Shown here one piece after another: positions 10,570-21,879 of a stretch of DNA of 64,000 bases. Origin of the DNA: a virus. Lineage: Duplodnaviria; Caudoviricetes. The DNA is taken from the IMG/VR virus record IMGVR_UViG_3300028833_000066; one strand, 5' to 3'. Each line of letters opens with the position of its first letter. Positions within the stretch are counted from its first letter, which is position 1. The notes beneath the pieces were generated by a model, which saw only the letters and a list, made by a program, of their open reading frames with translations, did not search any database and had not been told where the DNA came from. The position numbers were made by a program, and so were the translations under genes.

Positions 10570-11124
10570 TTATTCTCCTATTTTTTCTAAAAACTCAATT
10601 GCAGAAGTCTTCATACCTTCAAAAGCTCCTACATTATCAACATACCAGTCAAGACAATAATCATCTAAATCAACTTCCGATGGATGATTACGTTGTTCTT
10701 CAGTTAAAAGAGGATTTTCCCATATATCGCCTTCATCAGTATAGCGACGAATACCTACGGATACGCATTTATTTTTATTAAACTTCTTAACTCTTTTTAA
10801 TTCATTTAAGAAGCGAAGGTCAGGAATAAGCGCATAATCCCAATCATTCTCTGTGGCTTTAATGAACTGTGCCACCAAATCAGCCCAATAATTTTTAAAC
10901 ACAGAGCGCACTTCATTTGTACCCATTTGTTGAAGTAGCTGGCGGCCGCTAATATCCTTTTCGCCATTCCATTTATAATATAACTTGGCATATTCTTTAA
11001 CCATATCTGCAAAATGAATTACTAATACTCGTTCATTACGATTTTCTAATTCATCTTTTAAAAATTTAGCAAAAGTATCTTTGCCAGAGCCACTTTTACC
11101 GCTAATTAGAATTATCTTCTTCAT
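10570..11124 (-). CDS. deoxynucleoside monophosphate kinase-like P-loop kinase
   Basis: GKSGSGKD, RQLLQQMGT, DLRFLNE, HPSE motifs. Confidence 0.8.
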   Translation of the reverse strand: MKKIILISGKSGSGKDTFAKFLKDELENRNERVLVIHFADMVKEYAKLYYKWNGEKDISGRQLLQQMGTNEVRSVFKNYWADLVAQFIKATENDWDYALIPDLRFLNELKRVKKFNKNKCVSVGIRRYTDEGDIWENPLLTEEQRNHPSEVDLDDYCLDWYVDNVGAFEGMKTSAIEFLEKIGE

Positions 11125-11310
11125 TCTTCATTTCCTCCAATTTAAGCTGTACATAAAAATCTACAAACTCCTATACAGCAGGAGTACAATTTGCTCTATA
11201 TTCCTCAATGAATTTAATTGTTTTTGGTACATCGTGGAAATTAAAAGCTCTATTCACCGCAAGTTTTGTTATTTCTTTTTCTGATTCTGTTAAATTAGTG
11301 AATAATTCAG

Positions 11311-11631
11311 TCATTTTTTTTTACCTATTACCTTTTGTAAAATATCAAAAAATGCTTGAACTTCTTCTTTAGTTTCAAGAACAATTTTTTGAACCGGTTT
11401 TGCCGCACATCTATCTTCATTCGCTGGCATATTATAGACATAATATTCATAAATACCATCTGAATTTAAATATTGTTCAGCAAGTAACGTATCATCACGA
11501 TTAGCATAAATTTTGAGACTTGCGGTTTCATCGTCATTTTCAATATGCTCTGTGTGCATATTTTGCGGGATAAGCTATTTGACAAAGCCTACATACTCAT
11601 CCCGGGTTACACTATATAATTCTTCTCTCAT
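11311..11631 (-). CDS. hypothetical protein (code 15)
   Basis: Extends upstream through one TAG to MREELYSVTRDEY. Confidence 0.6.
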
Positions 11632-11634
11632 ATC

Positions 11635-12132
11635 TTATCCTCGCCAATTTATTTTTAATTCTTGTGCCTCATTTTGAGCCAGTTCATCACATTTCTCATT
11701 CCAGAATACACCATTATGTCCTTCTACTTTTTTAAAATAGAACCATACATTTTCAAAATATGGAATAATATCAATCCATAAATCTTGATTAGCGACTTCT
11801 TTTTTAGCGGCATTTGTCCATCCATTTCGTCGCCAGTTTTCATACCAACGTTGAGAATAGCAATTAATGGCGTATGCAGAATCGCTATAAATAATTACAG
11901 CTTGACTTTCCTTACGGCATTCTTTTGCATACATGAGGGCCTGGCGGATAGCTTGAAGTTCCATTCGTTGATTGGTCGTATCAAGTTCTCCGCCAGTTTT
12001 ATAATAGACTTGTTGGCTATCTTCTACTGCGATGTAAGCCCATCCACCAAAATTCTTTTTTCCAAGTTTCTTACAAGAACCGTCAGTATAAATTTCTAAT
12101 GGAATTACTCGCTCTTTACTTCGTCTATCCAT
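11635..12132 (-). CDS. rnhA: ribonuclease HI
   Basis: IYTDGS, TTNQRMEL, SDSAY, ANQDLW, VEGH, NEKCDELA motifs. Confidence 0.95.
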   Translation of the reverse strand: MDRRSKERVIPLEIYTDGSCKKLGKKNFGGWAYIAVEDSQQVYYKTGGELDTTNQRMELQAIRQALMYAKECRKESQAVIIYSDSAYAINCYSQRWYENWRRNGWTNAAKKEVANQDLWIDIIPYFENVWFYFKKVEGHNGVFWNEKCDELAQNEAQELKINWRG

Positions 12133-12196
12133 AATTTTCTCCTTTTCTTTTATACTTTATTATATCATAAAATAGTAGAAAAGGCAAATATTTAGG

Positions 12197-12427
12197 TCAC
12201 TCTTTTTCTTCAGTTACTTCTTCAAGCTGCTTTTGTAATTTTACTTCTGGTAGTCCAGCAACACTTGTTAGAATACTGAGAATGCCAGCTAGGGCAGAAG
12301 CAGAAGCAACAATACCCCAATTTACATCAGCTATAATAGCGCTAGAACCAATAGTGGCGATAGCGGTTTGAGCAATAGTTTTAATCGCACGAATACCTGC
12401 GGCGGCTAACCATTTTTTAAATTCCAT
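12197..12427 (-). CDS. holin (r1t-like family)
   Basis: [18 protein letters not shown]...[13 protein letters not shown]; start chosen after the RBS. Confidence 0.85.
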   Translation of the reverse strand: MEFKKWLAAAGIRAIKTIAQTAIATIGSSAIIADVNWGIVASASALAGILSILTSVAGLPEVKLQKQLEEVTEEKE

Positions 12428-12443
12428 ATAAATCACTCCTTTG

Positions 12444-12881
12444 TTATTCTTCGTGGATTTTATTAGCTGCTTTATATTTGGCAAATAGTTCTTTAATATA
12501 AGTAAATTCATTATCAAACACGCCATTTTTATCTGCGGTTTTAGCTAATAAATCCTGATATTTATCATTTAATTTAATTATATGTTTATATTCATCATAA
12601 GTATGATCCTATCCATTACGACAAGAGCGTGCAAAGTCTAAGACTTCCCAACGAATGCGATCTTTTTCGTTTGTATAGATTTGTTTTTGAATGTTATCAA
12701 TTGTTTTATTCATTTCTTCAACTTGCTTTGAAACCCCTTCAGTAATAGTCCTTCCTAGCCAGTTGAAGAGAGAAGTAATTGGATTCCATTTTATCGGGGA
12801 TATTTGGATGAAAATGGATAGAATAATAATTATTTGTACTATGTTGGAAGATAGCCAATTGAGAATTTCATTCTCGTTCAT
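12444..12881 (-). CDS. membrane protein adjacent to holin (code 15)
   Basis: [12 protein letters not shown] segment, [16 protein letters not shown](TAG)DHT...KNG. Confidence 0.7.
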
Positions 12882-12947
12882 TGAATTTCACCTCCGTGGG
12901 GCATATCCCCGATATATATGTAATATAATAATTATAAATATATTATT

Positions 12948-14915
12948 TTATACATTATATAAAGATTTTATTAAAGTAGCAAAACTAGTTACAAATTCAA
13001 TATGTAATTTCATTTTTCTTGCGATAGTGGTTGGGTAGCCTTTTCTACGAAACTATTTAGGATCATTTGGTATGTTAGCATTTTTTTCTAAACGTACTGA
13101 AGCGGCACTGCTAGCAATTCCACTTTCTTTTTCTACATGATTTTGTAATGCTTGTGTTATATGTTCTTTAGTCATCTATAATATAAATGATAAAGGATAA
13201 TATTCTTGATTTAGAGCAAATAAATGAAGACGGTGTGTATCATTTGTTCTACTTGTCATTCGATTAATTTTCATTTTAATTGCACTTTCCCAAATTAAGA
13301 CCTAATCATCAAATAAAAAAATTGATAAAAATGCACTTAAATAAATTAATAAATTATCTTCTAAACCTTGTGCTATTAACGTATCAAGTGTATTTGCCAA
13401 GAACCAAGCTAAATCATTCATATTACTTGTCATACTAGTAGAATTAGGTGTTAATGTATTAGTATCTAAAGCCGTAACAATAGTACTAATTTTCTTTAAC
13501 TAGTCTATTAAATTAGGGCCTAAAGATCCACCACCAAATGCAGATGAACTGCCACTCTATACCCTTTCATATGCTTTTGTAGATTCTTCAATAACAAACC
13601 ATTGTTTAACATCCTATTGGTGATTATTGAAATATTGAGATATTTTTTTTTCTAAGCCACGTAATTCACTCGCTCTATTTTTATAGTAGTCATATGTATT
13701 AGTTTTATCTAATGTATTACTATATTCTTCTAAAAATTCTTTCATTTTATTTTGGTATCTTTTAGGAATCTATGTTTGTAACCGCTAAACTGTTTTTTGT
13801 GCTTTTAAAAAGACATGCCCAATTAAAACGTCTGGTTTTCCACCTTTAGAACCAAGAACTTTTGCCGCGGCCGCACTAGCTAATTTACTATGCATTAATG
13901 CGCCCTATATTTCAGAAAATACATCTTGTCTAGAAAAATCTGCTTCTGCTTTTATTAATGCAACACTAGTTGTAATAATATTAGTAATTTGATCGTCGCT
14001 ACTTAAAGAATACTACTCAATTTTTTCTTTTGCGTGCGATAATTTATTTTTTAAATTCTATTCTTGTTCTTTTAATACTTCAATATCATGTGCTTTCCAA
14101 GGAAATCTTAGCTAAGTAATATTTAACTATTCTACTACATCCTATAATTCTTTTTCTAGCTAAGCTAAAGTATTAATTGAATGAAAAGAATTTACATCTT
14201 CTATATAATTTGATAAATTGGCTATAAGATTTTTAGAATTACGTTCTGTAACATCAGTATGCAGTATCCATTCTTGTATCGCATTAAATATTATAGACTA
14301 AATATACTCTGTTAATTCTAAATTATTATTTCTTAAATCTTCTATCTTCTATTTAATTGTTTCATTAACTTCTGGTCCATTTAAAGCGTCTATAATTTTC
14401 TACTCCAATTCGTTAAAATCCACCTATTCTAGTGTATCTTTCATTATTCGTGACGATAATTGTTGTTGTTTATCACGCTAAACATGTAATGCTTGGCTTA
14501 CGTCTTCTATAGAACCTACTATATTTTGCATATTTTGTAATTGATCTTTTCGCTCTCCTATAACTAGTTGAAATTGCTGCATAAAAATTTTCCAATTTTC
14601 TTCTTGTATATATGTTTTAAGTCGTGCTTGTTCATTTTTTGTTAAATCTTTATTTAATTGTTCTTGTAACATAACCATAAAACGAGCCTCTTTTCCTCGT
14701 TCAATAGTAATTGCTGCTTCTAAAAAAGCTAGAGCATTTGTTAAACGCTATGATTCCTATTCATTTGAAATATCAGTAAATTGAGTGCTAATGCTTTGAA
14801 CAGATGCATTCGCATTTTTCCACATATTACTCCATAAATCATCTGCATATAAAGAAGATGTGCTATCTTTTAAATAAATATAATCTTTAAAATTATTTGG
14901 ATTGGGTTTAGCCAT
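12948..14915 (-). CDS. large hypothetical protein (code 15, 655 aa, many in-frame TAGs)
   Basis: ORF fragments 14757-14963 and 14478-14678 are in one frame separated by TAGs; frame ends at TAA 12948. Confidence 0.65.
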
Positions 14916-15089
14916 TCTCTCACCCCCAAAACAAAAAGAAACCCGCTTTTCAGCGGGCTTCAAGATTTCTCAATTTTCTCTTCAACTTATTGATAATTCC
15001 TATATTACCAATTTCATCGCGAGCCATTAGTAATTTAATTCTATATTCATACTTTAATTGTAGTAATTTTGTATTCATATTTTAATACC

Positions 15090-15725
15090 TCATTTCTTAA
15101 TTAGTTCCCATTTATAGCCACCATATTCTTGCCCATTGATACAAGCATTAATAACTTTTTCTAGAAAAACATTTTTTCTTGGCTTATTACCAGGAAACTT
15201 AATATCAAATAGCTGTAAATATTCTACGATTGCTCGTCCATTATATTTTAAATAAAGACGCTTATCTTTATACAGTTGTTCAAATATCTTTAGCTTATCA
15301 TTAATATCTACTTCTTTTGAATAAAGAATCGCAAACTCATCTTCAATTTTTTCAATAGGTGTTTCTTCTACTACTTCAGTCGCCGCTGGCACAATATTAG
15401 TTTGTGTATATTGTGCATATTGATTATTTACTTCAATAGTGACCCAGCGTAGATTTTTAATTGAATTATCACGCTTATTACTATTAATATGGTCAACATT
15501 ATACATAGCATTACGTTTGCCGCCCAGCCATGTATATGCGACGAGTCTATGTACCATCACAGCGCCTTTGTCTGTAAAGACAGTACAATAACCTCGTTCA
15601 TTAATACGCGGATTAAGTATTTCTTTATTTTTAATTAATTTAACTCGCCCGCAAGTTGACACGTATACACCATATTCTTTATTTTTTCGCCAGCGTTCAA
15701 TTGTTAGATGAATTTTTGGTAACAT
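15090..15725 (-). CDS. HNH homing endonuclease (NUMOD4/HNH_3 type)
   Basis: YVSTCGRVK, VHRLVA, VDHINSNKRDNSIKNLRWVT. Confidence 0.9.
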   Translation of the reverse strand: MLPKIHLTIERWRKNKEYGVYVSTCGRVKLIKNKEILNPRINERGYCTVFTDKGAVMVHRLVAYTWLGGKRNAMYNVDHINSNKRDNSIKNLRWVTIEVNNQYAQYTQTNIVPAATEVVEETPIEKIEDEFAILYSKEVDINDKLKIFEQLYKDKRLYLKYNGRAIVEYLQLFDIKFPGNKPRKNVFLEKVINACINGQEYGGYKWELIKK

Positions 15726-15943
15726 CTTGAAGCTCCTTTAAATAATTGTAATAGTCGTCTGCCCAATATTCTATATCTTCTTCTCCATAATCAATTCCAT
15801 AAGTACCTTCTTCATGGCCTCGTTGAATTGCTAATTCATAAGCTTCATCCCATAATGCTTCGTCAAACATATTTCCTCCTTTATTCTATAATTATTATAT
15901 CATAAATTAGAAAAAAGTCAAGGTTTTATCCTTGACTTACAAA

Positions 15944-17182
15944 TTAAACGTGATACTTTAGAAGAAAACTATTGCTTACAGCTTTAAAAGACTTAGAACC
16001 ATCAATAGAGCGGAATACAATACCTTCACGAGGCAAATTATCCAAACAAGATTTGCCTTCTGCATAAGCAAGAATAGCATCTACATTTTCAAATTGATTA
16101 ATTTTCATTTTACGATTAAGTACAGGTACGCATTCAATTCCATATGGATCTAGAATATCAATCATTTCAAGAGTTCCTACACGACCGCGAGATGAGAAAA
16201 TTAGGTTAAATGCTAGAAAATCATGCTCACCGCAGAGAGAGTAATCTCGCTGCTGAATGCCGTCGCCAAAAGTTTCGCCTTGAATAGTAATCCATTCTTC
16301 ATTAGGATAAGCCGCCATCAAATTAGATAGCACTTTGAACATGTCATATTGCTTAGCCATTTCCCAATATACATTGGTATCATAATAGCATTCTTTGCTT
16401 TCTTCTCCAAAGCATACATTACGGGAACAAACATAGAAAGATTTGCGCCCAAATTTGCCACGCTTCATAGAGAAAGTAGTGCTAGTTCCATCAATCTTCT
16501 CGGTGGCAATCCAGTCACCATCATCATTTAGAATCCAAGGCATATTTTGCACTCGTTCCTCATCAGTCTTTTTTACCCAAGCCGGCCAGCCATTTTTCTT
16601 ATCCTTCTTTTTACCGAAGAAGAAGAACATTACTTTGCGGCCAAAATTACGTTTCATTATCCACTTAGCCCAAGATTTCTTGAAGATTTCAGGATGACGA
16701 GCGGCCATTTTTTTATACTTATCTACAGTAGGAGCTTTACGCTGGTTATCCTCTTCATCAGCGTAAGTAATACCAAGCTGCTTGGTTAGAAAACGAGATT
16801 CATTTTCTATATTATGATTGTGCCCTTCATTATCTACGATATAAGGAGTATTATATCCTTCAATATGAAGTGCAGGAGCAATGTGCCAACCAAAATCTTC
16901 AGCGTGCATAAGCAAACCCTGTGAAATCGTTTTGCACATCTTCAAGGTTTTAACCTTGTAATTACGCTTTTCAAGAAATGCAAAGCACTCCTTATCAGAG
17001 GGTACGCGAGAGTCAATTTCAAAATAAATCGCGGGATCGCCAACTTTAAATTGGCCTTTCTGTACAATAACTCGCCATCCACCAACAATAGCATGCTCAA
17101 CCCGATCATATCCGGGGATAGGTTCAATACCGTCAATAATTACCACGTAAGCGAGCTGCCGAATACCATCTTTATCAAGCAT
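15944..17182 (-). CDS. RNA ligase (DRB0094/Rnl2-like, N-terminal OB-like domain)
   Basis: IEPIPGYDRVE, YFEIDS, SQGL, KTDEER, TEKIDGTS, QGE, REGIV, FKAVS motifs. Confidence 0.85.
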   Translation of the reverse strand: MLDKDGIRQLAYVVIIDGIEPIPGYDRVEHAIVGGWRVIVQKGQFKVGDPAIYFEIDSRVPSDKECFAFLEKRNYKVKTLKMCKTISQGLLMHAEDFGWHIAPALHIEGYNTPYIVDNEGHNHNIENESRFLTKQLGITYADEEDNQRKAPTVDKYKKMAARHPEIFKKSWAKWIMKRNFGRKVMFFFFGKKKDKKNGWPAWVKKTDEERVQNMPWILNDDGDWIATEKIDGTSTTFSMKRGKFGRKSFYVCSRNVCFGEESKECYYDTNVYWEMAKQYDMFKVLSNLMAAYPNEEWITIQGETFGDGIQQRDYSLCGEHDFLAFNLIFSSRGRVGTLEMIDILDPYGIECVPVLNRKMKINQFENVDAILAYAEGKSCLDNLPREGIVFRSIDGSKSFKAVSNSFLLKYHV

Positions 17183-17229
17183 TTATATCACCCTTTCTTG
17201 TTATATTATACTTTAATTTTTATAATAAG

Positions 17230-17439
17230 TCAAACATATATTCTTTTATAACTCCAACCTTCTATATCATCATCCCATACGAAGAAAATATGCCGTTTCC
17301 AATCTAATCCTTCGCCGATAACGATGTAACCACTCTGCATCGGTTCACAATATTCAATACGTTTAAGTAGATGACAATCTAGTAAATAATCTGCGGCTTT
17401 ATCTCTTAGATAATCCTTATATTCGTTACTCATTACCAC
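17230..17439 (-). CDS. hypothetical protein
   Basis: ORF track; operon packing. Confidence 0.55.
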   Translation of the reverse strand: MVMSNEYKDYLRDKAADYLLDCHLLKRIEYCEPMQSGYIVIGEGLDWKRHIFFVWDDDIEGWSYKRIYV

Positions 17440-17699
17440 AAATCCTCACTATATAATTCACTAGTTACTAATTTAAAATCTGATACTTGACGGCATCGTT
17501 TAGCTTCTTTCATGGCGTCTAAACGACTCATATATTCATCATGCTCATTTAAGAAACCTTGTCCTAATTCTTTAAAATCTTTGATAGTGTATCCAAAATC
17601 ATGTAAAATTTGAAAAGCATCACAATGTCGATGGCATGGGATAATAATTTCTTTTTGCTGTTTATTATCAAAGATTTTAACCGCTGCTTTTGTTACCAT
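17433..17699 (-). CDS. hypothetical phage protein (RH...QGF...SEDLW family)
   Basis: Recurrent small phage protein motif. Confidence 0.65.
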   Translation of the reverse strand: MVTKAAVKIFDNKQQKEIIIPCHRHCDAFQILHDFGYTIKDFKELGQGFLNEHDEYMSRLDAMKEAKRCRQVSDFKLVTSELYSEDLW

Positions 17700-17928
17700 C
17701 TGGAATCTTAGCCTCCGAACTCATTTGATAATGAAAGAACTCAGTATGACTTCCAACATCATAATGCCGCCAACCATCACTATCCCAAGTGCGAGTATAA
17801 TAACTCTTGTAATTATGTTCATCAAGAAACTTCTTGATAACAATAGCAACATCAATCTTGTTGGCACAATCAGCGATAGGACGCCATATACCACGACTAT
17901 TCTCAAAATACAGAGTCATATTCATCAT
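17677..17928 (-). CDS. hypothetical phage protein (DVGSHTEFF)
   Basis: ORF track; operon packing. Confidence 0.6.
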   Translation of the reverse strand: MMNMTLYFENSRGIWRPIADCANKIDVAIVIKKFLDEHNYKSYYTRTWDSDGWRHYDVGSHTEFFHYQMSSEAKIPDGNKSSG

Positions 17929-18776
17929 CCTTTCATCTTACAGTAATAAACAACAGTCTGTTTTACATCGTTGTATTCTTTGTGTTCTTTGACTTTCATA
18001 CGCATTACACACTTAAAGCCAACTTCAAGATTCTTGGAAGCAGTAATCCAAACATATTCATTACCATCGCTGTCCTCCATAATATGGACGCGACTTTCGC
18101 CGAAGCGACCATCAACAGGAACGTTCTTTTTAATGGTTACTTCACGTTCAAGCCAATCACCTACTTCGCCCTGATATTCACTCTTACTCAGATCATCAAG
18201 CAGTTCATGAACGATTTTGCGAACCTCAGCTTCATCCCGCATAGTAAGGTCTTCTGGGTCGTCGGAATTGTGAATATCTTCCCACTTGAGGACAATAGGA
18301 GTAATTTCAGCGGGAAGATTAACAATTTCAAGCTTAGAAGGGCAGAACCAGCCGAACAGAAGGTTGAACCGAGCACGGCAGGGATTGGTTTCGTGAGCCC
18401 AATCATTAAGAATGGTGCTATCACCCTTGAAAAGAGTGATGAAACCAGCCTCACCAAAACCAAAGGCGTTGCGAGCGGCAAACTTTACACGCCGTTCTTC
18501 AACTTTTACTGCTTTGGCCGCAGCACGTTTTTCAGCCGCACGATCAAGAGCTTCACGCTGCTTGTCGGTATACCAACGGACTTCCTTGATTTCATAGCCG
18601 CGGCCGCCGCAAGCAAAGCAACGAGTACCGTCCATTGGGTTATAGGAGTAATGACCGGAGCCGCCGCATCGAGGACACAGACCTTTAACCCGCACATAAA
18701 GCTTTTTAGCATCGCCCTCGTGAGTGTAAGGCTCACCCATAATTTCCATATTCTCATAAGATTTAGCGACCGCCAT
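17925..18776 (-). CDS. hypothetical protein with DnaJ-like Zn finger and C-terminal OB-fold-like region
   Basis: CPRCGGSG and CFACGGRG repeats. Confidence 0.7.
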   Translation of the reverse strand: MAVAKSYENMEIMGEPYTHEGDAKKLYVRVKGLCPRCGGSGHYSYNPMDGTRCFACGGRGYEIKEVRWYTDKQREALDRAAEKRAAAKAVKVEERRVKFAARNAFGFGEAGFITLFKGDSTILNDWAHETNPCRARFNLLFGWFCPSKLEIVNLPAEITPIVLKWEDIHNSDDPEDLTMRDEAEVRKIVHELLDDLSKSEYQGEVGDWLEREVTIKKNVPVDGRFGESRVHIMEDSDGNEYVWITASKNLEVGFKCVMRMKVKEHKEYNDVKQTVVYYCKMKG

Positions 18777-18854
18777 TTTATAATCTCCCCTTTCCTCTTT
18801 ACATATATATTATACTATAAATTTAAAAAAAGTCAAGAATTTCTTCTTGACTTT

Positions 18855-19451
18855 TTAGGAGGTGAAATTTTTATGATGGTCATTATTTAACATAACCGGT
18901 AATTGACCTAATTGGTTCCAACGATTATGAATATCTACAATAATTGTATCTATATTTACAGGATAACAATTATGTGAATCTAAACCAACATGATAAATAA
19001 AGGGATTGTCTGGAAATAACCAATTGGAGGTTTGATGAGTGTGCCCATGTAATGAAATGATATGTTGAGAAAAATGTTTATCATCAAAATTAGCAGTAAG
19101 AACTGGGTAGTGGCAACAAAAAAATTTTAGTTTGCCGAACTTTATAAGTTCGCTGGTTTGTTTAATATTAGTTACCTTCCCAGTTGCGTAGATGTCGCTA
19201 AGTTTGTTATCTGTATCGTGATTGCCTTGAATTAAATGGATAGTCCCATTAAGTCGTTTGAGAATATTAACATCATAATTTCCCATTAATACGTCGCCCA
19301 GATGATAAACAATGTCATTTTCTTTAACCACTTCATTCCATCGTTCTACTAGCGCTTCATTCATTTCGTCTGCGGAAGTAAAACTGCGAGGTTCGTAAAG
19401 GAATGATTGTTCATGAAAGAAATGTGTATCACTAGTGAAGAAAATATTCAT
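18855..19451 (-). CDS. calcineurin-like metallophosphoesterase
   Basis: SDTHF, HLGD, GNHD, HYP, HGHTH motifs. Confidence 0.9.
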   Translation of the reverse strand: MNIFFTSDTHFFHEQSFLYEPRSFTSADEMNEALVERWNEVVKENDIVYHLGDVLMGNYDVNILKRLNGTIHLIQGNHDTDNKLSDIYATGKVTNIKQTSELIKFGKLKFFCCHYPVLTANFDDKHFSQHIISLHGHTHQTSNWLFPDNPFIYHVGLDSHNCYPVNIDTIIVDIHNRWNQLGQLPVMLNNDHHKNFTS

Positions 19452-19933
19452 TTTGGTTCACCATTAATCCACCAAACACCAACGGCTCGGGGATCTTCCA
19501 GTTTATACGCATCATTTACTGGCGGACAAAATTTATCATACATTTCTTTCACAATTTTTTCTGGCACACGAGCGCGGCCAGTGCGTTTATTATTACGATA
19601 GAGGCACGTCTGAAGAGAAGGAGAACATACTACATAAACAATGCGATAATCAGTAATATACTTATCAATAGCATTTGTAAGCTTCTTACGTGACCATGTA
19701 TTAAGATGAGTAGCATCTGCTACTACCGTATCAAAATAACGTAAATGATGCACCAAAGTATTTACAAATTCTTTAAATACCTCCGGTTCATGGTCAAAAT
19801 AATTATCATCATCATCAAGCATCATAAAGCGAATATTATCACGGGATACAGTGACATCGGCATGAAGAAAATTATGAGCAAAATAAGTTTTTCCAGAGCC
19901 AGGAATACCGCACATGATATATAGAGTAGACAT
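19448..19933 (-). CDS. AAA_33/polynucleotide-kinase-like P-loop kinase
   Basis: CGIPGSGKT, SRDNIR, DATHL, RNNKR motifs. Confidence 0.85.
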   Translation of the reverse strand: MSTLYIMCGIPGSGKTYFAHNFLHADVTVSRDNIRFMMLDDDDNYFDHEPEVFKEFVNTLVHHLRYFDTVVADATHLNTWSRKKLTNAIDKYITDYRIVYVVCSPSLQTCLYRNNKRTGRARVPEKIVKEMYDKFCPPVNDAYKLEDPRAVGVWWINGEPK

Positions 19934-20748
19934 TATATTCTCCTTAAAATAAATTGAGCATGGGTATGGTCTGTGGTAGGTAAGATAATATCTTTCCACT
20001 TTTCCGCGTAATATGGTAATAGATAATGAGTTTCAAATAAAATTTGATAATAAGGACCAGTTAATTGGAACAAATCAAACAAAGTCCATGAGAAATAATC
20101 TTCTTTCAACTCTCGCTCCCAATCATTATCTTTCCATTGATATTTCATTAAAAAATGAAGAAATCCTTTTTTCGTGAGAATTGAAGTATCATTGGCTGTT
20201 TCAAATTCTTCAATATATTGTTCATCAATATTGAATTTTTTAATAATGTCAGTCATACTTTTATAAGTAAACTTACAGTCTGGGCCATCAAAATACATAT
20301 CACGAATGGTAATGTATTTAGGTTTAAGCTCAGTAATGAGTTGCTTAATTGTTTCCTTTCCTTCAGGTGAAGAAGAAAATACTTCATGCAGTACGCAAGA
20401 AAAATTAATACAAATCTCATAATTACAAAATGTATACTTAGCCATACGAAGCATATCAGTGAATGAATCTTCAGTAAATTCAGAGGTACGATGTGTGCGG
20501 AAAAATTTAATATTGTTATGTTTAAGCAAATTTTCATTATGAGCTTTCCACGCCATATCAATTAATTCATCGTTAATATCAAAACCCCAAAATTCAATTT
20601 CAGGAAACATAACAGAGAGTGTTCGGATCATTGCTCCATCTGCGCAGCCAAAATCAATTACACATTTCGCGCCAATAATCTTATCCATGAAAAACGCTTT
20701 GTCTCACATTGATTTTGCCATTTCTTGAGTATATTTATTCAGATCCAT
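19933..20748 (-). CDS. class I SAM-dependent methyltransferase with an internal TGA near the N-terminus
   Basis: IDFGCADG motif; RBS plus ATG at 20748 gives MDLNKYTQEMAKSM(TGA)DKAFFMDKI. Confidence 0.7.
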
Positions 20749-20778
20749 TTTTGCTCTCCTTTCTTTTCTACAATTATA

Positions 20779-21057
20779 TTATACATCAATTTCGTCAGAA
20801 GTCAAATCTTCAAGTTCATAATCCATTTCTTCTTGTCGCCGTCTATCGGCGATAGATAAATTCTGTGCCCCATTATAAAAAGCGTAAGCACCTTTATTAT
20901 TACGCTTGCGGGCGCACATAGGGCAAGAACAGTGAATTTTATTCTTGCTATACTGATGTAAATTATCATAATAATCTGGATATAAGTTACGCTTACGAAT
21001 AGCTTTTACCCAATCATTATGACGCTTTTCGGCAGTTTCACGCATAGTTATCACCAC
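20779..21057 (-). CDS. hypothetical phage protein (HCSCPMC)
   Basis: ORF track; KNKIHCSCPMC motif. Confidence 0.65.
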   Translation of the reverse strand: MVITMRETAEKRHNDWVKAIRKRNLYPDYYDNLHQYSKNKIHCSCPMCARKRNNKGAYAFYNGAQNLSIADRRRQEEMDYELEDLTSDEIDV

Positions 21058-21069
21058 CTTATAAAAATA

Positions 21070-21155
21070 CGGACATGGTAGGATTTGAACCCACGGATGC
21101 TCATCACATCAACGGTTTTCAGGACCGCCGCCTTAAGCCACTCGGCCACATGTCC
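21070..21155 (-). tRNA. trnS: tRNA-Ser(UGA)
   Basis: Cloverleaf with long variable arm; anticodon arm gcggt-CCTGAAA-accgt. Confidence 0.9.
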
Positions 21156-21159
21156 ATTT

Positions 21160-21234
21160 TGGCTGGGGATGATGGAATCGAACCATCACATTTGGAGTCA
21201 AAGTCCAATGCGCTTGCCGTTACGCTAATCCCCA
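21160..21234 (-). tRNA. trnQ: tRNA-Gln(UUG)
   Basis: U1-A72; ttgga-CTTTGAC-tccaa; encoded CCA. Confidence 0.92.
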
Positions 21235-21247
21235 TTAATACACTTTC

Positions 21248-21484
21248 TTAAAACTGAAAGCGTTTAGCTCCATCTGGATAGTATCCGCCGCTAGTTAGAT
21301 TCACAAGATATGTATCAAGTGGGTGTTCAGTAGTAAAATAAAATACTCCAAGTACACTTTTAGCATTAACTCTATACATACCATCTTCACTCTCAAGAAT
21401 AAACTTATCAGTCCAAGTATTGAGAGCATTTACAAGCTGTACAACGTCATTCTGATTTAAAATACGAATGCGCATTCTATTCAT
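21248..21484 (-). CDS. HPr-like phosphocarrier-fold protein
   Basis: VNAKSVLGV (Ser46 motif); no His15 motif. Confidence 0.65.
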   Translation of the reverse strand: MNRMRIRILNQNDVVQLVNALNTWTDKFILESEDGMYRVNAKSVLGVFYFTTEHPLDTYLVNLTSGGYYPDGAKRFQF

Positions 21485-21791
21485 CGTAATTCTCCTTTAT
21501 AGCCAACATTTATACGGCTTTGTCTCGCAAGTAATAGTAATCGGTCTATTGTATTCTACCCACCACGGTACTTCTTCGTGTATAGGTGTAGTAGTTGGCG
21601 GATATGGTACTGTTAGTGGAGTTGGTGCAGTAGTATCTGGTGATACAATAACTGGCACCGTTTTACCAGTACAATTTACACAGCTACGCACAAACGGAGC
21701 CATTACAGCCCCACACTATGGGCAACGCCAGCCTTCAAGCATGTTTACAATTTCTTTCTTTTCGTTATCCAAATTAATCGTCTCCTTAAAG

Positions 21792-21879
21792 CGCAGATGG
21801 AAGGATTTGAACCTTCGGTACGCTCATCACGTACAACTTCTTAGCAGGAAGCCGCTTTAAACCACTCAGCCACATCTGC
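21792..21879 (-). tRNA. trnS: tRNA-Ser(GCU)
   Basis: gcttc-CTGCTAA-gaagt; long variable arm. Confidence 0.9.
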
